DNA of 57,790 nucleotides, filler included, from Sphacelaria rigidula (Eukaryota), in the NCBI GenBank assembly GCA_964200075.2. It is 4 parts of 4 records of this genome, joined end to end, with 100 filler letters (N's around TTAATTAATTAA, not from the genome) between each part and the next. Parts side by side here need not be neighbours in the genome. Positions count along the whole stretch, not along the records: positions 43,423 to 57,790 come from CAXNAA020002287.1; 3 more parts are not named here. One strand, 5' to 3'. Within the stretch, counting starts at the first letter, position 1, and the number at the start of each line of letters is the position of its first letter. The notes beneath the pieces were generated by a model that saw only the letters and a program-made list of their open reading frames with translations, had not been told where the DNA came from and did not search any database. Made by a program: the position numbers and the translations under genes. This document shows positions 50,335 to 57,790 of the stretch, piece by piece.

Positions 50335-51728
50335 GTATGTACGATTTTTATCCGCATCTGGTTGATTTATTTTCATGCTTGCATGCTGGTGCAGACCCCG
50401 GCCCGATATCTTGACGGATCTTTCGTCGTTTTTTTTTTTAAATTTCTTCTCCACGAGTCCCTGGGCTCATGGGATCAACCCATGTACCACCCCGTGGTGC
50501 AGTGAGATAGATCCCAACACAATTCCGTTATATAGAGTGCGGGGTTCCTTTTTTACAGTGCGATAAAACTCACTCGTCAAAGGCGAGTCCGTTCCGATGT
50601 ACTAATGTCGAGTAATTGTACTGTACCAGCATAGTACCGGATCCCGGCATAGTGCGGCCATGCCGGGCTGGCGACCAACTGCACTGTTGTATGCTGGGAC
50701 CTCGGTTGTTACTACCTGCCTTGCAGTTGTTTGACCGGGAAGCAGTGGAGCAGAACTCACGCCACCCGTGAGAGTTGAAAGGTTATGGAGTGTTTACTGC
50801 CCCATGTCGTTATAGCGGCTTCGAGCAAAGACATGTATTAAGCCATCTTACTAACATATAGAAACAGCTTTCAAGACATACTCATTTGGGCCCAGCCTCA
50901 ATATCTCAAGCGTGCAGGCGCTGAGTTAGTGGGGTACAGTAGTGGTAGAGTAGTACACGATGACACACACCGTTTCGTTTCGTCGGCACACTTTTTTTTT
51001 TCAACCCACAACAACCTTTCCCTTACTCAGGATGAGTCCGTCCGTAGTGTCAAGGCACCAAGCCGTCTGTGCCCCAGTAGGTACACGCCTTCCAACTTTG
51101 GAGTCAACGCGGGTGAGATGAGCACTCCTGCACGGCGTCGACTATCGTCAAGTTAACCCTTTTGTTACTGGCAATGGAGAAGTGCTGATTTCGAGGCTGT
51201 TCGCTGTTTTTTTAACAACATATTGTTGATTATCTGCAGCTTCCAAGGACCACTATTTTGCCCAAGGTGTGTTTTTCAGACCCGCGACCGCTTCCAACTG
51301 GCGGTGAATCGCATCAATATGGTGAGATGGGCACACCTGTACGGCATCGACTTTCGTGAAATGAAGTATTTTGGCTGCTCGCATCGTCACATTTGGAAGG
51401 ATGAAGATCAGATACTTGTACTAAACTCGAAAAATAATGCGTTGATCTGCCAGAAAGCGAGCCCGCTTTTCACGAACTACTGGCGTCAGTGTTACGATTA
51501 CACCACCACGGGGCAGCCTTGATTGATTGATTGATTATCTCACATTAGCTGATTGCAACAATCCAGCCCGTGGTCAGAAGCAGCAAAAAAAACTCGTATA
51601 CATGTGTGCATATATATATATTTCTCGCTGGTGACATTCCGTTTTTGGTCATGCTCCACTACCGTTTCCACAATGTTGATACGCCGCGGTTGGTCTTGTT
51701 CCACTCGTTGGTCATGTACAATGATCAG

Positions 51729-51854
51729 GAGGGACTGCGGTACGCTCTGGAGCAAGACGGCGAGAGGCTCCTTTACCTAGAGGGTATGAGGGAGTACTGC
51801 AGCAAGGTCACTCCGCGGAACAAGAGGGTTCTTGGAAATTTCTTCCACCACCAG
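51729..51854 (+). CDS. SCC3: SCC3/STAG exon E: EGLRYALEQDGERLLYLEGMREYCSKVTPRNKRVLGNFFHHQ
   Basis: gatcag|GAG ... CAG|gtctgc; phase 0-0. Parallels the recalled STAG KDGIEFAF...[20 protein letters not shown]. Confidence 0.88.
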
Positions 51855-52691
51855 GTCTGCGTTTCTCAAGAAATTCCTCGGGTAGACCATGGTCCATCAT
51901 GTTGATTATATAGATACTTGCCCCTCATGATCGTACAGTGGAGTCAGCCTGCGAGTACTACTTGTGTCTGATGACCAGTACAGTTTACACGAACCGCCGC
52001 TGAATTTCATGGTTGGACAAATGCTACTTTAAGATGCAGTGTAGACTGTGGTATCCGGATCTCTTGGGGGGAAATGACGGGTCCAGGGGCCGGCCGGTGT
52101 ACGTAGGGTTAGTTTTTTGCATTCATCAGGGGCCGATTTATGCTCTGCTGGCTGGAGTCTGGCGTATTCTTGGTGTAACATCGATGGTAAAGGTACCCTT
52201 TTCTTCCAAAAAGGGATTGTGTCTAAACGCGTCGTTCTACTTCTATTGTCGAAGAGCGATCCACTTGGGGATTTTAGTGACGTCCCCCCCCCCCTCCCCC
52301 CCCCCAACTCTTCCAACTTTTCCCGAAAAGTTGAGATTCTTTCCCGGGCTTCTCAGCTGACAAAGTAGACGCTCGATCTTCGGAAAAATCTGCCGTCACA
52401 TTTCATTGATGAACTTTTTTTTTTCTCGGAAAAATCGGAGATCTCGGACGCGCGGGATGGGGGGCGTGAATAATGCCCCGTACTCATACAGAACAATTAA
52501 AGTTTTGTCCTGTTGCTTTCTGTCTGAAAACAGAGGGCTTCCTCCGTACGTGCCCATGCATTTTGGTACACTGTGTACTCTACTGAGGCTGGGTGTCGAT
52601 GTATCCATGCTCTGCTTTATTACCGATGGTCCCTATATGTCTTGCAATCAGAGCTTGATAAAGCGATTTTTTTATGCATGTTTTTCTTCAG

Positions 52692-52766
52692 GCTGGAGCG
52701 TTGCCCACCCTGGTGCTTGAGGAGGGGAGGGAGTATGCTGAGCTCTGGGATGCCGACGATGCAGAG
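52692..52766 (+). CDS. SCC3: SCC3/STAG exon F: AGALPTLVLEEGREYAELWDADDAE
   Basis: cttcag|GCT ... GAG|gtgcgt; 75 nt, phase 0-0. Confidence 0.75.
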
Positions 52767-52869
52767 GTGCGTGTGGTAGTTGTCCCCATACAAGACACAT
52801 CACCGAAGCTGTGCCTACGTACGGTAGGGTACAGTAGCCGTCCCTTTACATTATATATATATATAGGGT

Positions 52870-53230
52870 TGGCTGTCCCTAGACAACGTGCCCTGAAGAA
52901 GCTGTCCCGATGTAAGGTACATTCTCCGTGGCTATCCTTATACAAGTTACACCAACGTAGCTGTGCATTTATAAGCCACATTTACCGGGGCTATCCTTAT
53001 ACAAGTTACACAAACATCGCTCTGCCTATTCAACGTGTATTGAGGTAGCTGTGCATAGATGAGCTACATTTACCGTGGCTGTCCATGTACAAGGTACATT
53101 AACGTAGCTGTGCTTATGTTACGTACATTAATAGTGGCTGTTCCTGTACAAGATACGCTAACGTTGCTCTACTTGTACAAGGTACGCCAATCATGACAGT
53201 CCATTTGTAAGGTGTGGTACCGTAGCTTTG
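52870..53230. repeat. Degenerate intronic minisatellite, ~29-30-bp unit
   Basis: Recurring CGTRGCTRTSC...TACAAG.TACA units, about 11-12 copies. Confidence 0.7.
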
Positions 53231-54260
53231 ACTGCACAAACAGCCTCATCAGGGTCATGCAAAGTATATCACTTTTGGCACACACACGTCATTCTGTTTG
53301 GTTTTTCTCTACAAGGAAATGCCCACATCGCCGTAAGAGCCCGTTGCTAGGACGATCCCGTCGAGGGATTTCCAATTGTTCAACACTGGGTGGCTCTGCC
53401 GCTGTCGTCTATTATAATAGAGCATCGAAGTTGTTGTACCTTTCGCCGCAGGTCCGTGTACTACATATCGTACGAGCTGCGGCTAGTCACTGATGAGCAG
53501 AAGCCTCTTTGATTGGTATTGTGAGTCTCTTACCTCTTCGTCCCGCATTTCGCATTTCCCCCTCAAATACACGGCCACTGTTTTGGCATTCGGTTCATCC
53601 CATCATTTTGAGCCATCAGATGTTGCATGGGTTCCAGTAACGAGCAATAACATGGAGGATTGTGTGTTTTTTTTGGTGGGAAAATCCAGCGCTTTTATTT
53701 TTTTTCTCGGTTATCATTATTTCCTGGTTTTATTATTCCATCAATTCTGCTTGTCTGCACGACCATTTTTTGCGGTATGTTGTTTCATGGGGTCTCAACG
53801 ATTAGGGTACAAAACGCGAAATTTGTACGTCTCACCGGTCAACATATTTGTCTCTTGAGTAACTAACTTGCTGTTTTTTTGCTGTGTGTGTTTCTCTCCA
53901 GGCAACGCTTACATCACTCTCGGACATTTTGCCCCTTGCGTTGACGAATGGCTTCTCAATAGTAAGCGGGATACCTATAGGTTCCTTTTGCAAGTGACCG
54001 ATACAGGAGGTAGGCGTCTGATCCCCTCTTTTGTTTCACAGGTAGGGTGTGCGACATTCGTCCGCCCATAATCTTCTTGTTTCCGAGATAAATGTACACG
54101 AAGCGACAGCCAATGAACGAATTATGGTCACCACAGCACTCCCTAAACGTGTTTTTTTTTTCGCTTTGTCTTTTCCCGCGGTCGCTCCCAACTTTTCCCT
54201 GCAAAATTACATAATCAAAATCGGATACTGTATCGAAAAAAATGGATAATGACCAAACAG

Positions 54261-54553
54261 TCGGTGCCGCCACCCTGGAAAGCCTACTTCTCCATGAGAA
54301 ACGCGCTTTCCCCTGGTACGGCAGTCTCCTTCATCCCACAAACCGCAGACGAGTCGCAATTATCCTCGCCGCCGGCGAAGCGATCGCGCCCCTCGCCTAG
54401 TGCACCTGCTTCAGGGAGCATGTATAGAGGTGAAAGTGGCGGGGAAATGGCAGTGGCTGCGACCCCGGGCGGAGCGAGCTATGCGTCTGGGGAGGAGAGG
54501 AGCGATGATGAAAGGGGGAATTATGTTGCAGGGGCCACGCCATCAGGGTATCG
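54261..54553 (+). CDS. SCC3: SCC3/STAG exon G: SVPPPWKAYFSMRNALSPG...disordered tail
   Basis: aaacag|TCG ... CG|gtaagc; phase 0-2. WKAYFSMRNAL parallels the recalled STAG WLPLISYRNSL, and there is an NLS-like PPAKRSR. Confidence 0.8.
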
Positions 54554-55129
54554 GTAAGCGGGACGGCGTCATTTTTTTCTCAAATGTATTTTGTTTTTCT
54601 TGGGTACTACGTCCATGTTGTGGATTGTGACCACGACTGGGCCCCTCGGGGATTGCTCTGGATTACCCTGGACATGCTTCATGCTTGTTTTATCTCGGGT
54701 ACGTCCATCATATGGATGATAAGCACGCCTGGATCCGTGGGAGACTTATCAAGGTGCGACAATCTTTCAATCAATCGGCCATGAATCGATCCAGCAATCC
54801 ATGAGCTAGCAGGCAGTCACGGCTAGGCCAGTTGCTGAATCCGTGGGGGTTCAGTTAAGGTGCGACAGTCAATCGATTAATCTATGAACTATGATGGTAC
54901 GTAGCCACAGATAGGTCAGTGGGGTGTAGTCTTTTGTTGTGGTAGCCACAGCTAGGGCGGTGGGTTGTCGTGTTCCATGTGGTCTGGAGATGAAGTTGAA
55001 AGAACACTAATGCTGTAGATGATGCCGATGAAAAAACACTATTGCTGTAGATGACGTTGATTGATTGTTGGGTGCTTACCTCAACTCCCCCCCCCCCCCA
55101 TCGTCTCATCGTCGGTGCCGCACAAACAG

Positions 55130-55289
55130 GCAGCTGGGTATGGGTGGACGTGCTCAGGGTTACGGCCAGGTTCAGCGGTTGAGTGATAGAGGCAGCGGTG
55201 TCGGAGCCGGCTCTGACTCCCGGCGGTCTCGTGTGAGCATCGCCAGCGATCTCTTCTCTGTCGTCGAGGAGACCAGACTGCAGGAGGAG
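55130..55289 (+). CDS. SCC3: SCC3/STAG exon H, C-terminal tail: QLGMGGRAQ...VEETRLQEE
   Basis: aaacag|G ... GAG|gtacag; phase 2-0, compatible with exon G. Confidence 0.7.
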
Positions 55290-56713
55290 GTACAGCGTTA
55301 TTGAACCAATGAAACGATCCTAGCAGGTTTCCGTCCGAGGCTACATGGCAAGCATTGCGGCCTACCTGGAAGTAGTGTTGTCATAATCCACTCGCTTTTA
55401 CTGAGAGTTTGGCTCACCTGCTATATTTACTGATACATCGTTGATGCATGCCTGTATTTAGATCCAGGTCATTGCTCACACTTATGTTTTGTGTACCATC
55501 GTACTAGCCTATAGGCTGTAGCCTGTGACAGACGACCAACCTAACCCGCAGGCCATGGAAGATGACCCATATAGCTCGTGGCGCATGACAGATTCGATCC
55601 ACCCAACCGAAGGTGTTGTCGGGTGTGTGAACATGAATTGACATGTACGTTCATATCTTCCAACCGCGAGACCGCAGGAGGGAATACTGACGGGTTTTGG
55701 GGCGGGGTAATCGGAGCTGTGTTTGAGGGCTGGGGCATACCTCACTGCAGAACCAAAACCCAGGGTGGAGGGATCGAACTATGATGGGATGATATGCGGA
55801 GGAACCCAACATAACGTGTCTGGACCAACAGCGGGAACCTTTAAAGTGGGGTTTTGCAAACGCCAGGTCAAATGCAATCGGCCACTTCTCCGGGATCCAT
55901 TCGCCGGAGGGGGGCGGAGAAGCGACAGCTGTAGAGGGGACCTGCTCGCCTGACTCCGTCAGATCGACTGCTCCGACAGTTTTGGGGGCAACCTCAGCGA
56001 GCCCCTGCCCCAATTCGACCTTTTCCCAGGTCTCGAACCCCGCCTGCATGACAGACTGCGGGCTATCGTGGATACCTACTGGTGGTGTACTTATCCCCCT
56101 ATCACGTCTTCGCCCGGGTGCTGTATTCCTGCTCGCAGTCGCAATGCTGCACTGTATCCTGCACGGATATTGATGTTGATGTTGTGCGAGGTAGTGTGTC
56201 TTGTGACGGTTTCCAAACCCCGCTCTCGGTCTCGGCATCAAATTGCGGCGCCTAGGTTTCATTTTGAATTTCGATATGTAAACCCAGGATATTTTGTGGA
56301 TTTCAACTTTCCGGGTTCCGGTCGGGAGAATTCGGAATATCCTAGACCTCTTTCTCTTGGATCCAGATCACTCCCTCCCCCCCGCCGATGCTCCGTCTCT
56401 AGGATGCGTTGTCAATGACCAATCTACGAAGATAAGCAACAAGTGCAATGGTACACCCCCCAAAAGTCTCTACCTCACGGGAGGTCGTACATAATCCATC
56501 CTGTCAAGCATGGTTGATGTGGAGGATGACCCAAAGTATGGAAAGTTGGCTCAAGGATGTGCACCGTAAATAAAGTGCTATGTGCTGGTCAACTGCGAGA
56601 GGTGATGGTGCTGTGCAAATCTCACCTGTGGAAATGGCCCCAGCGATGAACCAGCCTCTCTCCAGTCGTTGAATAGACCGAACGACAGTTATTCGTAAGT
56701 GGCACATGCCATG

Positions 56714-57790
56714 ATTCATCGTGCATATAAAACCCTGTTTGATTGTTGAACTTGAACTGATTCCCCACAGATCCAGTCGTGGTCATTGTTCACATTACAC
56801 GTGTATCCGAGACAATAGCAATATGGAAACACTCGCTGAAGAAAACTGAAAATATCAGAGAGGCAGGACAGACAAACAGTAAAGACTAATGAAATAAAAT
56901 AAAAAAAGAACAAAACAAACAAGGACAAAAAAAACGATCGCAAAAGTTTGGTTAGTATTTACCGACCTCTGCAACGTGGCTTCGGTGGAAAAGGTCTTGC
57001 GCCGAAGATATAGTCATCCCCAATCGTCAACAAAACAAGAAAATCGTGGGAACGGATTGCGGCCCATTCATTTTGATTTTTTTTTTCTCGGGTATGGAAG
57101 CCTCAAGCCTCATCCATGAGCCCTACGGAAGCGAAGCACCAAACTACCTCTTGTGTACATCCGGAGGGAAGAACACACATGAAGAAACAGAGGGATGGTG
57201 AAAAGAGAAGGATAACGAGACTACAGAAGTGATCAAACCCAAAGGACACAGCAGAATAGAAGAGGTACGAACACAGACCAGAGAGGCCCCCCAGAACCAC
57301 CGATTAAGCACACAAATCAACGAATGATAGGGCAAGACAAGATTATATCAGTTCCCGCGTTAGCCCAATATCTCGCAATCATCCCTAGTCGGGTACAAAG
57401 TTGTCCAGTCTCCCTTCTCTCGGTCATTTCCATCTTGGGTTCCTCGCGAGCTGCTGCTGCTGCTGTTGTTGTTGTACTAGCGATGGCAGTTGTCCGATTG
57501 GCGGATCTCGACGCAGCAACCTCCCATTTGTGCCGTCGGTCCGATTGACGGTCGTCGTGCGGACGCTACGTGTCCTCGAACTCTTCCGTCCCTTTCTCGA
57601 CTCCAAGATGCCATTTGCCCATGTTCTTCGCCGCAGTGACCAAATCGTGTGCGTCGCTAACCTCTATATTGTTCCACTGTAGACGAACCATTTCCGTCGC
57701 GCTCCTTAGGGTGGAAGACCCCCTTGTCCACGAGGGTTCTCCTGAAGGTTGCCCCCCCCCCCCGCCCCCTAGTATGGTAGGGCACCCATG
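56714..57790 (-). mobile_element. 3' part of an RTE-type LINE, cut by the window/contig end
   Basis: 57560-57750 matches 9160-9360 and 44580-44650; the 3' end has GACCACGACTGGATC. Confidence 0.85.

Noticed and set aside
53902..53961. Apparent exon (ctccag|...|gtaagc) between SCC3 exons F and G
   Set aside because: Not needed for phase and no resemblance to STAG. It cannot be excluded as a minor exon without RNA data.
359..55289. ORC6 plus SCC3 as a chromosome-maintenance gene cluster
   Set aside because: They are on different contigs, adjacent only through concatenation.

Overview
This is eukaryotic, repeat-rich DNA, most likely from a brown alga or related stramenopile. That is my inference from the short exons in kb-scale TE-filled introns and the repeat content. 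The window is not one locus. It is four separate contigs (1-14375, 14476-28849, 28950-43322, 43423-57790; lengths 14375, 14374, 14373 and 14368 bp, so size-sorted) joined by artificial 100-nt N44-TTAATTAATTAA-N44 spacers. Most ORFs in the supplied track are noise, and the real genes are spliced. Contig 1 has one exon that reads as ORC6, a decayed RTE-type LINE and many MITEs. Contig 2 is dominated by a decayed ~9 kb Ty3/Gypsy retrotransposon on the minus strand. It has an extra upstream ORF, a long Gag, PR, RT, RNase H split by a MITE at its catalytic Asp, and a truncated integrase. Contig 3 has a large low-complexity exon of an unidentified gene, tRNA-derived SINEs and MITEs. Contig 4 has eight phase-compatible exons of the 3' part of a cohesin SCC3/STAG gene. 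I found no convincing new multi-gene system. The best leads are TE-level: GAC-terminated elements with 4-bp TSDs, a hairpin-containing core shared by elements with different termini, and the extra coding modules of the Gypsy element.
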